The notes under the pieces are model-generated. The model was not told the origin of the DNA. It was given only the letters and a program-made list of their open reading frames with translations, and ran no database searches. Positions 10,901 through 23,753 of a stretch of 64,000 bases of DNA are shown one piece after another (position 1 is the stretch's first letter; each line of letters starts with the position of its first letter). The position numbers were made by a program, and so were the translations under genes. The stretch is from Zootoca vivipara (Eukaryota), in NCBI RefSeq assembly GCF_963506605.1, contig NC_083288.1:29760001-29824000 (forward strand), read 5' to 3'.

Positions 10901-13728
10901 TTTTTTATATAATATTTTATTGATTTTGCAAAGTAAAAAGAACATACATAAACAAACATAACATATTTTCCACCTACTTCTGTCCACCCTCCAAGAGCCC
11001 TTTCCTCCCACAAGAGGATCCCCCGAAGAACGGGCAGTCGACAGTGGTTCATTTTATGATTGAATTTCTCCCCACTCCTCCCTCCCACCCCAGGAAGCCC
11101 CCCCCCCCTGCCACCAAGAGGCTCCAGGTTTGCAGGAGAGACGCAAGTGGGTATCCATCCAACCATCTATCCAATCTTAATACGCACTCAAAAAAGAAAA
11201 GCAAGGGAAAAAAAGAAGAAGAAAAAGGAAAAAGAAAAAGAAAGAAAAGAAAAAGAGAAAAAATATATTATTAACTAATCATTTTTCATAAACATTGTTT
11301 TTATGTGGGCTTCCCCGATCTCCCCTCTATCTGATTTTCATTTTTGAAACATATTTAACAGTTTTCTTATCATATTCCTCATTCTATTTTAAATTTTTCC
11401 AATCTCATATTAATATACTATCCATATTCTTTAATAATTTCTCTTTTATTCCCATTTCTCACCCCCTCCCTCCCCCGTCCCCCAGAACCCCTCCTGCCAC
11501 GAAGAGTCCCAGAGAATGGAAAGAGGCAGGGAAGTGATTCTTTTTTCAATTGGATACCTCCCACCTCCCCGTCCCCCCCCACCCCAGAAGCACCCCCTGC
11601 CACCAGGGGCTCCCAGCCCGGGGACGACCGACAAGGGGGGGGAAAGCACCCAACCGTCCCAAATCATCTTGCCAAAACCATCTTTCTAATACTTCCAATT
11701 ACTATTACATCCTGATTCTAACAAACATACAATTTTGTTCCCTCCCTTGCCACAATTTTCTTCCAAGGACATCCTTATATTTTAAATCCTTTTTACCTTC
11801 CCAATCTTTAATTTATCAATTATTCTCAATTTTCCCTCCCCCTCCCTTGATCACGGCTATTCCCTTCCATTCCAGCAAGTTCCAAAGTCAGCAATCCAGT
11901 TTTCAATCCCTTTTTATCCATCCTAGTAAACAATATATATTCCATCCTCCTTCATCCCTCCCCTTTCTTAACATGTTTTACAACCCAAATGTCTCTGTCC
12001 TCCCCCCCAATGTTCCCATCTTGCTTGCACATTGTTTTTCTTGTGAGTTTCCTGCCCCTCAAACAACTCTTGTTCCTTCCCCTCAAAAGGGGGGATATTC
12101 CAGTTTTCCTTGTGTGTTTTCTTCCCCTCAAACAGCTCTTGTTCCACCCCCTCAAAAGGGGGGGTATTCCAAATCCGAATTTGATCTTTCTCCTCTTGCA
12201 TATCCAAACCATCCTCGTCTTCTTTGATTAAATTGCGGTTCGATTCATATGTCCTATTGTCTTCTTTCACTGTTGATTCACTTATGTCCTGTTTGTGTAC
12301 ATCCTGATTTATTATTTCCATTTGCTGTTGAGTCTTATCCATGCTGATTTTTATTTCCCACAAGAGTCTCATGACTTTTCTCTGGAAACCAGGTGCATAG
12401 TCCATTGTTGACTGTGAGGGATAAGAGGTACCGGCAGCCCCCTCCCATACTGAATACCAGCTCCTCCCCCAGTGGGGAGGGGGAGACTTCGAGTGGTGAT
12501 TCAGGAAGTGGAAACAGGAGCTCGAGTACCTTAGCGGAGCACAGGAACCGCCGGGGAAAGGAACAGGGAAGCATGGAGATTGGGGGAATGAGGCCGATCC
12601 CAGCTACTCCGGAATTGCGTAAAAAGCGCAGGGGGCGGAGATTCAGTATGCCGAGATTACTTTGCTGGAGGAAAACGTGCGAACTGCCATTCGGAGGTTC
12701 TGCGGAAGACTAACAACATGTACCACTATCTGTAAATAGCACTGCTTTCAGCACTGTAAATACACAGCACCAATAAAAGGATAAAATGCAGAGCTGTGTG
12801 GAGTCGTTACTCTGAAGTAGCCCACCCAGGCCACTGTGACATTGACATTTTCCCAGCTCTTCAAGGACAGAGCAGAACTTGAATAACAGGAAGTGGTCAC
12901 CAATTGCAACTATTCCGCTTTCTGCCAACTGGATGAAATATGTCCATTCCAACTATTATTACCTTGATTTTTATTTCAATCTGGCTGCAACAAATCCAAT
13001 TTAAACAGTCCAATCTCTACTTTCCCTCAGTTCAGGCTTTTATTCACTTAAAAGTCTCTAAAAGTCCATTCCACTATTTCTTTTATATCCTCCCCATCCG
13101 TTTGCTGTTCTGTCCGGATTGCCGCTTTCGGGAGAGGGGGAGGGGCTTCTCTCTTTAATTTCCTCTGTTTGCAGGGATTTTCCAACCTTAATACAGTTAT
13201 CCCCCTTTGCCCTGCCTCTGGGGGAGAATTTTATTTTTTTCAATCCTTGGAATTGTTTAAGCTGCAAATTTTCTTTCCCTGGCATCGGGTAATTCTCCTT
13301 TTACTGCTTCCTCTTTCATCAGTGGGGGGAGATCGGCTTCTGTTTTTAAGTCTCACCCCCGTTCCAAATTCAAAGTCAATTAAAAAATTTTAAGTCCTTT
13401 TTCTCACGGTTCCCAATCTTTTCAGTCCTTCTTTAGAGAATATCCAGCGCTCTCCGCCTCCGGTTCGGAGCTTCTCTCCGCGAGGGCAACGACCGTGCTC
13501 AAAATGGCCCCCATGACTTCAACCCTTCCTGCACTGGCGCTCTTATTAGAGCCTACCGGAGAGCTGGGGAGTCGGAATTGGGGCTCCGCTGAGCATTTGC
13601 CCCAGTGACGCTCGACACTGGGTTCTATGGGGTGCAGCATCGCTCCTGCTGCTCCCCCCCTCGCAAAGACAGGCTGCCTCAGAGTTCGAAGCAAACCCCA
13701 CCAGACGGCACTGGCGCTAGACCGGAAG
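10901..13728 (-). mobile_element. Full-length non-autonomous L1-type retroelement lacking ORF2 (HAL1-like candidate)
   Basis: 18-bp TSD cctccttcagctgtgttt at 10883-10900 and 13729-13746; CpG-rich 5' end starting CTTCCGG; AATAAA plus A tail; coiled-coil ORF1-like relic at 11968-12405; no RT or endonuclease motifs seen. Confidence 0.75.
12034..12171. repeat. 69-bp tandem duplication (2 copies)
   Basis: Encodes WN(T/I)PPFEG.EQELFEG..THK.N twice on the minus strand. Confidence 0.85.
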
Positions 13729-14346
13729 CCTCCTTCAGCTGTGTTTTAATGGGCAGAGACAACAGGATTTAAAGGGTGTAGAATTTCAGTTTAAATGACA
13801 AGGCTCGGAGATGTATAATTTTTCTCTGAGTTAGTGGCAACAAGGTGGAAGCGAGGGACCTGAAGAGCATCATGTGGGTTGACTGTGAAAGGCTGTAACA
13901 AAAAGAAAGAGAACATGGCTGATTTCGCAGACGCAAGCCTGCTGTGCCTATGGGAGAAACAAGTAGCCCTCTTGGATTGTAATGCATTGAACGTCTTCAT
14001 CTAGGCTCAGTTGTAGATATGTGTAAATAAACCATATATCCTAAAGACACCTGAGTCTCCACCTTGCCTCATTGTCCAAAAAGAAACACAGACCCTGGGT
14101 AAGCACCCAGAACTCCTGCCACCCACAATGTTTGGGGATTTTGGGGTGGTGTGTACCAGTGACGTGAAAAATAAGGAGGTGGGTCGGAATGTGTCCAGAC
14201 TATTTGCATCATACATAACCATTTCACAATCTTTTTTAATACATACATATGGTGGCTTAGAGATTGGGCACCATGGTTTCAAACAGAATAGGACACAAAA
14301 GTAGTTGCTATAAATGATGTGAAACCATTTGCTGAAATCTCCAGAC

Positions 14347-14670
14347 CATAGCTGCCAAGTCTCCCGTTTTTCGCAGGAAACCCCCATATTTTAAACAGTT
14401 TCCCTCTGGCAGCCCAGACTGAAAAAAAATCCCGTAAATCCCCCGGATTTCTCACCTGCCAGGGAGGCTCCATTTTGGGTCCTGGTTCCGCTCGATTTCC
14501 CGTGCCCATACATGACTTACGGCGCCACTCCACCCATGCCTGGGCACCAAAAATCGGGTAGGGCGGCACTAGAAATTTCTTTTGCGCATATCCGGACATG
14601 CGTAGAAGCGATGTCCGGTGCCGCGCCACTGCTGATCCTGCATTTTTTGGCGGGATACTTGGCAGCTATG
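14347..14670. mobile_element. hAT-type MITE, CATAGCTGCCAAG family
   Basis: TIRs catagctgccaag / cttggcagctatg; 8-bp TSD ctccagac at 14339-14346 and 14671-14678. Confidence 0.88.
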
Positions 14671-14708
14671 CTCCAGACTGATGGGGAAATGTTTGGCTGT
14701 AATGAGAG

Positions 14709-14712
<4 letters not shown>

Positions 14713-14756
<44 letters not shown>
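14713..14756. repeat. (GA)n microsatellite; paralogous tracts at ~25102-25155 and ~29249-29302
   Basis: Direct reading. Confidence 0.95.
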
Positions 14757-14760
<4 letters not shown>

Positions 14761-15623
14761 GCATTATTGTACTTAATGAAAATATGGAGAGGAAAGAGCT
14801 GAACCAAAATTATGCATTTTATTAACATCAGCAAATGATATAGGTTGAATAGGTGATATTTATAATTATTGAATTTGATACCCAAAGAGGACCATTCATG
14901 AGGAAATGGGCTAGAGAATTACAAGAGGATCTTAGTGTGGAGGAATGGAAATGAATTTTGGTAAATCGCTGCTACAGATTACATCATTAGAGTTGTAAAA
15001 AATAATAATCCTATCTTGAGCACTGAATTGGAACAAACAGCAATCAGGTTTTCCATGGATTTCTGTTCACTCCAATTTAGCACAGAAGAGCAGGAGGAAA
15101 GAGGCAGAGTAAAGGCAAAACTGCTTGGACCCAGAAAGCTGCTCAGACCTGGGATTTTAAGCAGGGGACAAGTAGAAGGGTGGGGAAGTCCTTAAATTGG
15201 GTATTACTCTTTTTAAAGTTTGCTCCAACTGCTAAATTCTCTCTGTGAAAGAATGTACAAATATAGCAATCCTATACACATGAAATTCATTTGAAAGCAG
15301 CTGGTGTATGTTAAACCAGTGTAATTTTACACTAGAGCCAAACACCATTCAGCAGCAAGGCTGGGCTGCTACTCTGCCTAAGCCTGACAGAAGGAAAGCA
15401 AACCTTTCAAATAGTCTTCTATGCAGTGTGCTAGACCATGTAAATGAGCCAAATGAGCTTAGGATTCAATCTAGCCCCACTCATCCACTATTACCCCAAA
15501 AGGTCCATTGTAGATTTAATCCCAAGCATCGCTTACTTCATTTCTCTATAAAATAATATGACAAGAAAGTACAAACCAAACCAGTGCTTAAAGAAAACAA
15601 CAGAGAAAGCGTTTTTTAAAAGA

Positions 15624-16541
15624 TTACCTCAGACCTAAAAGTTTTGCCAGGGCAACCTTGAGGTCCTTATTTCTGATGCTGTAAATTAATGGATTCAGCA
15701 TTGGTGGAACCATGGAATATAGTATAGTAAACACCAAATCCAGTTGCGGGGCAGTGTTAGAGGTGGGCCTGAGATAAACAAAGCAAACTGTAAGTAAAAA
15801 TGTGGAGAAGACAATGAGGTGGGGTAGACAAGTTGAGAAGGCCTTTCTTCTTCCCTGGGCTGAAGGGATTTTCAGAACAGCACTGAAGATGTGTACAGAA
15901 GTAACAATGATGAAAATGAAACAGCCAACCCCAATTGTAAAACTAAACATAACAATTCCAATTTCAATTAGATACAAGTCAGAACATGCAAGCTTAAGTA
16001 ACTGTGGGATTTCACAGAAGAACTGATTGACAACATTGGAACAGAAGGGCATTGAAAATGTTCCACCGGTGTGTATAGCTGCATTTAGAAGGCCACCAAC
16101 CCACACACCAGCAACCATTTGGGTGCAAGCTCTCCTGTTCATTACCATTTCATATTGCAGAGGATCACAAATGGCAAAGTACCGATCGTATGCCATGACT
16201 GTAAGGAGGAAAACATCACATCCAACAAAGAAGAGAAATGAAAGGACTTGAACAACACATCCATAATATGTAATGTGTCTTGTGTTCATGAGGGAATTGA
16301 CCATGGATTTGGGAATAATGACTGAAACAGAGCCCAGGTCCTGCATGGCCAAATTCACCAGAAAGAAGTACATTGGGGTGTGCAGGTGGTGGTCAAAAGC
16401 TACTGCCAAGATTATGAGAAGATTCCCTGTCACAGTTGCCAAGAACATTCCAAGGAAGAGAAAGAAGTGTAGAATCTGCAGTTCCCGAACATCTGAGAAC
16501 TCCAAGAGAAGAAACTCAGACACTGATGTTTCATTATCCAT
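15624..16541 (-). CDS. Olfactory receptor, OR14-like (305 aa), close paralog of 6621-7538
   Basis: Full OR motif set (NET, LHTPMY, MAYDRYFAIC, KAFSTCLPHL, PMLNPLIYSIRN). Confidence 0.97.
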   Translation of the reverse strand: MDNETSVSEFLLLEFSDVRELQILHFFLFLGMFLATVTGNLLIILAVAFDHHLHTPMYFFLVNLAMQDLGSVSVIIPKSMVNSLMNTRHITYYGCVVQVLSFLFFVGCDVFLLTVMAYDRYFAICDPLQYEMVMNRRACTQMVAGVWVGGLLNAAIHTGGTFSMPFCSNVVNQFFCEIPQLLKLACSDLYLIEIGIVMFSFTIGVGCFIFIIVTSVHIFSAVLKIPSAQGRRKAFSTCLPHLIVFSTFLLTVCFVYLRPTSNTAPQLDLVFTILYSMVPPMLNPLIYSIRNKDLKVALAKLLGLR

Positions 16542-17609
16542 TTTTTACTTAATGATAAGTAGCATTGCAACCCTGGAAGAAAACAACAACTCTGTATTTA
16601 ATTCAGCCTGAAACCGTTTAATGAATAAATACCAAACCCTCTATGAAGAAACAATTAGAATCCATCACACTAAATTTATAACACTATCATGTTCAACGCT
16701 AAATCATCTAGCTTCTCTTTGTAGTTATCAATATTTTGAGGGATCATGTGAAGTGAGCCTTGGCCATTGAGGGATGGGCTTCATGAAAGACAAGTTTATT
16801 GGTTAGAGATAGCAGTAGGTTTTCGCAAAGGAATTGGATGTATCCTGAATCACCCAAAACAAAGGAAATTATTCCTTCAGGGTTTATGTTGGGTTTTAGG
16901 ATAACCCTATGAAGTGTATCATTTCTTGACAATCCCTCCAGAATGCCATTTTAGGGAGTTCTATGGCTGGTTGACACCCATCCGGACATTCAGAAAGAAT
17001 ACATTTCCCTTGAATCTCTTTAACAGGGTACCCTGAAAATTTGACCAATGTATTGGAAGTGGTATTTCCAATCACTACTCAGCCCGCACAATGCCTTTTT
17101 CTGCCACCTGAGTCGGCCCCACCATGTTCTGCCTTTCAGCAGCAATGGGCCTCTGTGCATCACATTGTATTATAGTGTTAGTGTAGCTTCCCAACATGCA
17201 CTACATCACTATGGTTCAGTAAAATGTTCACTTTATTTGGGCTGTTTAGGAGATGCTGTTTCATTATCTAAAGGGTACCAGATATTCCTAGCCCACAATG
17301 CAGCCTGTTGGGAATGTTGGGATCACTTAAAGACTATTGCTATGTCTCTCTTCCCAGTCTTACCTCAGATGTAGAGGAGGATGTAGCCAAAGAGTACCAA
17401 GAGGAGAAGCAGTTTCCCTCCCCATTCATGCAAAATTTAATGGAGAATTCTGAGAGCTTCGACTTTGTAATCAGTTAATTTTTTCTTATATAATTCTAAT
17501 TAATGTTCTATAAAGAGTCCCTCACTTGGTCACAAACTTTCAGGATAACATAAAATAAACAAATATGTAGTTTCTTAAGGTTGGATTGTAGTAAAAAATG
17601 AGTATAGTA

Positions 17610-19790
17610 AAGTCTTTTAATTAATGCAGATTAATATGTGTCCACTTGGATGACATATGACTACACCTCTGGAAATGATCTGAATACTGCATATTGTAGG
17701 AAATAGGAATAATCAGTATTAGAGCCAATATCTCATATTTGGTTCATAAATTAAAGTACTATTTACATTGCCAAAAGAAAGAATCCAATTATCAGTGCCT
17801 CTAAGGGCAGCTCACATGCCTTGATTTAAGTGGGACAATCATTTCAAGAGGGAAAATGTAGGGATTTGATGACTAGTTAGTTAGTTAGTTAAAGAAAGAA
17901 AGAAAGACATAAATGTCCAGTCATTCAAGGTAAAATGATATTAATAACTTACTGTTTTCCTGCATGCATTTCCCTCCCTTCAAATTATGGTGTGTCTTCC
18001 TCTCTGTTGTCTATAGATGACGATCTAGCCATACGGGCACTGCTGAAATTTTATTTATGTTCTCTCACCCCACTCCATTGCCTCCCACCCTTCATGGCAG
18101 TGAAAAGTCTGTTTTCATTGGCAGTACAATATTGCCACTATATTGTTAAGTTTGTTGTGTTCCCTGGTACATGGTCCCAAGAGTTCAACACAACTGGGCA
18201 AAGAACTCCCCCAAGGAATATAGATTTTCTGCTATTTCTGATAATATAATTAAAAGATAATGAATGTCTTTGAAAGTACATTTATTTATTTATCAATTAC
18301 ATTTACATTTATTATACACCCATAAGTTATAACTGGGGTTCTCTGAGCAATGAACAGTTTAAATGATTTAAAATCACACAATCCAGTAACAGAATATTAA
18401 GTCCCTCTCTGATAGTTTTTAAACTATGAAGATTTAGCAGGTTTTAGTTTTTGAATTTGTGCTTTTAGATTAAGCATTGTATGTTATTAAATGCTGCAAC
18501 AGCAAACCAGGATACAGTTCTATACACATTTAGGTTCCATTTGCACTATCCATTTAAAACAGTATCATACCACTAAACAATAATCACACAGCTACAATTC
18601 CTAGATTTCCCTGCAAAGAGGTATTGTTAAACGACTATCAGAGTTTAAATTCTGTGGAGGTAATAGTGGTATCCTAATGACCCTTAGGACCCCTGACAAA
18701 CTACAGCTCCCCAGATTCTTTGGGGGAGTCTATGGCTGTTAAAAGTGATATAAAGGTAAAGGGACCTCTGACTGTTAGGTCCAATCGTGGACAACTTGGG
18801 GGTGGCGGCGCTCATCTCGCTTTACTGGCCAAGGGAGCCGGCATACAGCTTCCAGGTCATGTGGCTAGCATGACTAAGCTGCTTCTGGTGAACCAGAGTA
18901 GCACACAAAAATTCCATTTTCCTTCCTGCCAGAGAGGTACCTATTTATCTACTTGCACTTTGAAGTGCTTTCAAACTGCTAGGTTGGCAGGAGCAGGGAT
19001 CGGGCACGGGGAGCTCTCCCTGTCGTGGGGATTCGAATTGCCAACCTTCTGATTGGCAAGCTCTAGGCTCAGTGGTTTAGACCACAGTACAACCCGTGTC
19101 CCAAAGGTGGTATAATACTGCTTTAATTGCATGCTGCAGGTGGGGTCTTGCTTGGAGTAAGACCAATTGAGTTCAACAGGTCTTCTAAGTAGACAGAAAA
19201 AGTTTTTTATGCTTTACTTTTCAAAGGCGTTATGATTCTGCAGTAGTTTGATTTCATGCCATTTTCTCTCCAGACAGATGGATGCCAATAGCAGCAGCAA
19301 CAACAACAAAAAGACGCACATTCAAACTGTATATAGTTTCTAAAGCGCACTACTCAAATAGACATTTTATATGCACTTTCCTGAAATGGTGTATTTTGTT
19401 CTCATTTATATGTTTGTATATGCAATTTACACAAAATAATAATTTAAAAAAACTTACTTAATTCTGTTGTACATAGCCTTATTTGAGGTGTCTTTGGCCC
19501 ATAAATTTCCTTTACACTTGGGAACCACATTCTGTAGTCTATAGATTTGTGAGCTAACTGATTATGCCTACTCAGACACGGTTGGAAAAAAAGGTGGGAA
19601 CTTGATAATTTTTTCTTCTGTGAGGGTCTTTAAGAAAATAGGGAGAATTGATGACAGTGATTAACTGTCAAGCCCATTAGTGTGCAGACATGTCCAGACT
19701 GATCTTGGTAAACTTTCATCCACTCCAGCCCTGGTTGCCATCAAAAGGCAGCCATCAAAAGGGTGAAGACTTTGTGAGTTGGGGAGAGTT
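17610..19790 (-). repeat. Block A copy 3 (upstream of OR 15624-16541)
   Basis: Nearly identical to copy 1; donor acttac at 17947-17952. Confidence 0.85.
18754..19102 (-). mobile_element. Sauria SINE (duplicated with the unit)
   Basis: Same insertion site as 1246-1594. Confidence 0.9.
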
Positions 19791-20087
19791 GGATGGAATT
19801 CACCAGGCACGGATGGCCTCTCGGGGAAACATTATAAAGTATTTAAAAATGAGCTAACAGAAGTTTATAAAGTATTAGTGAACATGATCTTAGAAAGAGG
19901 GGTAATACCCAAGACGTGGCAAGATACATTTATAACCTTAATACCGAAAGATAAAGGGAGGTTAGAAGAAATAGGGAATTATAAACCAATTTCATTATTG
20001 ATTATCGATTATAAATTATTTGCTGGAATATTGGCCAATAGAAATAAAGCGGTCCTGAATAGAGTGGTAGGTAAAGAACAACAAGGA

Positions 20088-20420
20088 AAGTGCATATTTT
20101 ACTGAACCATAGTGCTACACTGCATGTTGGGAAGCTACACTAACAGTATAATACAATGTGATGCACTGAGGCCCATTGTTGCTGAAAGGCAGAACAGGGT
20201 GGGGCCAACTCAGGTGACAGAAAAAGGTATTGTGCTGGCTACTTAGACTGGCAGAGTGGTGGCTTGAAATACCACTTCCAATACATTGGTCAAATTTTCA
20301 GGGTACCCTGTTAAAGAGATTCAGGGCAAACAGTGATTTTATTTCAGGCTGTATTGTGGGCTAAGAATATCCGGTACCCTTTAGATAATGAAACAGCATC
20401 TCCTAAACAGCCCAAATAGA
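20088..20420 (-). repeat. Inverted, order-permuted copy of the OR intron block
   Basis: 20090-20330 is the reverse complement of ~17007-17228; 20340-20418 is the reverse complement of ~17235-17305. Confidence 0.8.
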
Positions 20421-21927
20421 TGAAGTTGATGGAATATATGGAACTGATTTTGAATAACCTCTAGGTAAGATAGGTTGACAAAGTCCCCCAAGTTGAGATG
20501 GCATAAGCAATTGTTGGGATCACCTTGGCCTTGAACACTTTCAACGCCGATGGGATGTGAAGGGCCCCATCGGTGAAGAAGAATTGCAAGATCACCAAGG
20601 ACATAGCTTTGGCTCTGTTTGTAACATAAGCTACATGGGCCTTCCATCTAAGGTTATGTTGTAACCAAACTCCCAAGTATTGAAATCTATAGACTTGTTC
20701 AATGACCCTCCCATCAATTCTCCAATTATGGAGTTTCCGGCTCTTAGAGAAAATTTGGATCTTAGATTTTACATAGTTAACTGTAAGGGAATTTGCATTA
20801 CAGTATGATCCCAAAAAAATTAAGGCCCTCCTGAGACCTACTCTAGAAAAGGAAAGGATGGCTGCGTCATCCGTATATAGTAATAAAGGGCAGCGATAAA
20901 GTGCTAGGCAGGGTGCATGAATCCTTTCTTGAGCCTCTATTAGGGGAGTCCTCATATCGCTTATGAACAAATTGAACAGGAAAGGAGCCAATATACAACC
21001 CTGTCGGACTCCTCTGTTAATGGGAATTGAATTGGTGAGTCTCACTCTGGCCGCTGAGTTCTCATGGAGTTTGATTATTAGCCAGAGGAGCCTTCTGTTG
21101 ATCCCCCAGCAGACGAGTTTTTCCCAGAGGATGCTCCTGGGGATACTATCGAATGCTGCCTTTAGGTCAATGAATGCCACACAGAGTTGGCCACCCTTTG
21201 GGGTGGAATATTTCCAGGCAAGATGTTGTAAAATTAGAATATGATTAATTGTTGACTGTTTTGGACGGAATCCAGCTTGTTCGGGCCCAATTAATTTTTT
21301 CTCTTCGGCCCATTGGGTAAGTCTGTTCAACAGGAAGCGGGCATACAGTTTCCCCACTATTGAGAGCAGATTGATATTTCTGTAATTTCCTGGGTCATCT
21401 GGTGAGCCCTTTTTGTGGATTGGAATGATAATAGCGTCCTTCCATACTTCTGGGATCATTCCAGAGTTGTTAACGGCATCGAAGATGGTCGCCAAGACTT
21501 TGGCCCACCAGTCCGTATGGTATTTTATAGCTTCTGCCAGGATCAGGTCTGGCCCAGGCACTTTCCCTGTTTTAAGTTTAACGATCAAATCTTGGATGTC
21601 TTCCGGATCGGTGGGGGGCCAGCGGGGAAGCCGTTCTTGAAATTCATCTCTTGTGTTAGCAATACAGTCAGTTGTGGCAAAGTAATTTTTTAAGTAAGAT
21701 TCCCAAACCAGGGCGGGAATGATAATTAAAGGGTATCTTTTAGTTCTTTTATTTACCAGAAGCCAAAATTGTCTGGAGTTCCATAATGATGAGGCTTCTA
21801 TGATTGCCCGCCATTGATTCACTTGCCATTCCTGTCTTGCTCCCTTTTGAATTTGCTTGTAGGCCAATTTTGCTTGGAAATATTCTTTTGGCAGGACCGT
21901 TGCCCTGGAGGCTTTATACTCTTTGTA
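20421..21927 (-). mobile_element. RTE-X-like LINE RT fragment nested in L1
   Basis: ORF 20461-21945: GKVPGPD, IIIPIHKKG, NYRNINLL, QAGFR, FIDLKAAFDSI, GVRQGCILAP, LYTDD, YLG; homologous to 60829-62962. Confidence 0.85.
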
Positions 21928-23753
21928 GAGATGGCCAACATACAAAGAACTGATTATGAAAATTAATGATCAGTATGTTCTGAAACCGTACCAGCAGATC
22001 AAACAGTATTGTCAAAGCTGGTTGCATTATCTCCAATTACAAAGTATTTTCAAGAAACATAAGATAATAGGATTCTCGGGAAAACGATCTAAATTGCAAG
22101 AATTATTAATTGGCAATCATATAAAACCATTGGCTAAAATTTATGAATTTCTATTGGAATGGGAAATGAAAGACTAAGTAGTCAAACACGTAATGATAAA
22201 ATGGGCACAGGACATCGGGAGAGTAATTTATATCAATCAGTGGGAAAAATTATGGAGGGGGGGCATAAATTTTACAGCTTGTATGGGGATAAGGGAGAAC
22301 ATGTGGAAGCTGGTATATAGGTGGCACCTAACACCAGCAAAATTAGCGAAAATATATAAAAATAATCAAGATAAATGCTGGAAATGTAGGGAGAAATTGG
22401 GGGACTACTTCCATTGTTGGTGGAGCTGTAAAAAGATTAGCACATTTTGGTCAGAAATATATGAGAAATTGAAAAAAATGTTAAGATTTACGTTTGAGAA
22501 AAAAACGGAAATCTTATTGTTGAGCATGATCTCTGAAAGTGTGCCAATTGATAGAAAGAACATACTTCTATATGCATGTGCGGCGGCTAGAACGTTAATT
22601 GCACAAAATTGGAAGGGAGATAAAATCCCATCTATACAGGATTGGCACATGAAATTGGCTGAATATATTACCTTAGCTAAATTAACTGCAATGAGGATCC
22701 CTAAACAAAAAATTAAGGAAGAGTGGAAATATGTAGATGATTACTTTTATAAACAAGGTATGAATTCGAAATTGGTGATATGTTTAGAATGAAATGCACA
22801 AGCTGGTAAAATAAGTGGAAATTATAAAGAAATCAGGATATGGTTTAGATTTCTGATGATAAGGGAAAGTAGTAGAAATTATTTAAGAGAGGGAACCGAT
22901 CTTAAATGTTTGGAAGTTCCTATTTTTATTCTAAATTTTATTCTTTTTTCATATTTTCCATATTTTTCCATATTTTTCATATTTCTCATATTCTCTTCTT
23001 CTTCTCCTCTTTTTTCTCTCCCCCTTTTCCCTTTCCCCCCTCCCCCATTTTCTTACCTGTGGTGTTTCTTCCAGATTCCTTCTAGATCTTTTTCTTCTTC
23101 TTTTCTTCTTTTTCTCTTCTTCTTTTTCTTCTCATTTCCTTTTCTCTTTTTTTCATGTATTGGTTGAAGATTATGTTTTGCTTATGTTTAATTATGTTTA
23201 ATTATGTTATGTTATGTTATGTTCCACGTTATATTATTTTGTAATGTTATATTATTTTGTAATTTTAATATGAAAATAAAGTTATTTTTAATAAAAAAAG
23301 AGTTGGGGAGGGTTGATGTGGGGCTGTGGCCCCTCCTTCAGCTGTGTTTTAATGGGCAGAGACAACAGGATTTAAAGGGTGTAGAATTTCAGTTTAAATG
23401 ACAAGGCTCGGAGATGTATAATTTTTCTCTGAGTTAGTGGCAACAAGGTGGAAGCAGGGGACCCGAAGAGCATCATGTGGGTTGACTGTGAAAGGCTGTA
23501 ACAAAAAAGAAAGAGAACATGGCTGATTTTGCAGATGCAAGCATGCTGTGCCTATGGGAGAAACAAGTAGTCCTCTTGTATTGTAATGTATTGAACGTCT
23601 TCATCTAGGCTCAGTTGTAGACATGTGTAAATAAACCATATATCCTAAAGACACCCGAGTCTCCACCTTGCCTCATTGTCCAAAAAGAAACACAGACCCT
23701 GGGTAAGCACCCAGAACTCCTGGCACCCAATCTGGTTGGGGATATTGGGGTGG

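Larger units (their letters stand above)
19792..23299 (+). mobile_element. 5'-truncated L1 ORF2 with its centre replaced (L1 parts 19792-20087 and 21928-23299)
   Basis: SPGTDGL...YKPISLL.IDYKLFA; C-terminal CWKC...HCWWSC zinc knuckle; AATAAA plus A tail; ~16-bp TSD gagttggggag(a/g)gttg at 19776-19791 and 23300-23315. Confidence 0.88.

Noticed and set aside
14500-14640. CRISPR-like regularly spaced repeats
   Set aside because: Degenerate internal subrepeats of a hAT MITE; no unique spacers or cas genes
17359-17510. Second non-coding exon (AG|GTAAG donor at ~17362)
   Set aside because: The matching acceptor is weak, altered in the 32 kb paralog, and the block is deleted upstream of OR6621; not supportable without transcripts
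20461-21945. 494-aa RT ORF as a retron/DGR or domesticated gene
   Set aside because: Truncated non-LTR retrotransposon; its Met lies in flanking L1/TSD sequence, catalytic motif reads YTDD, and the context is vertebrate
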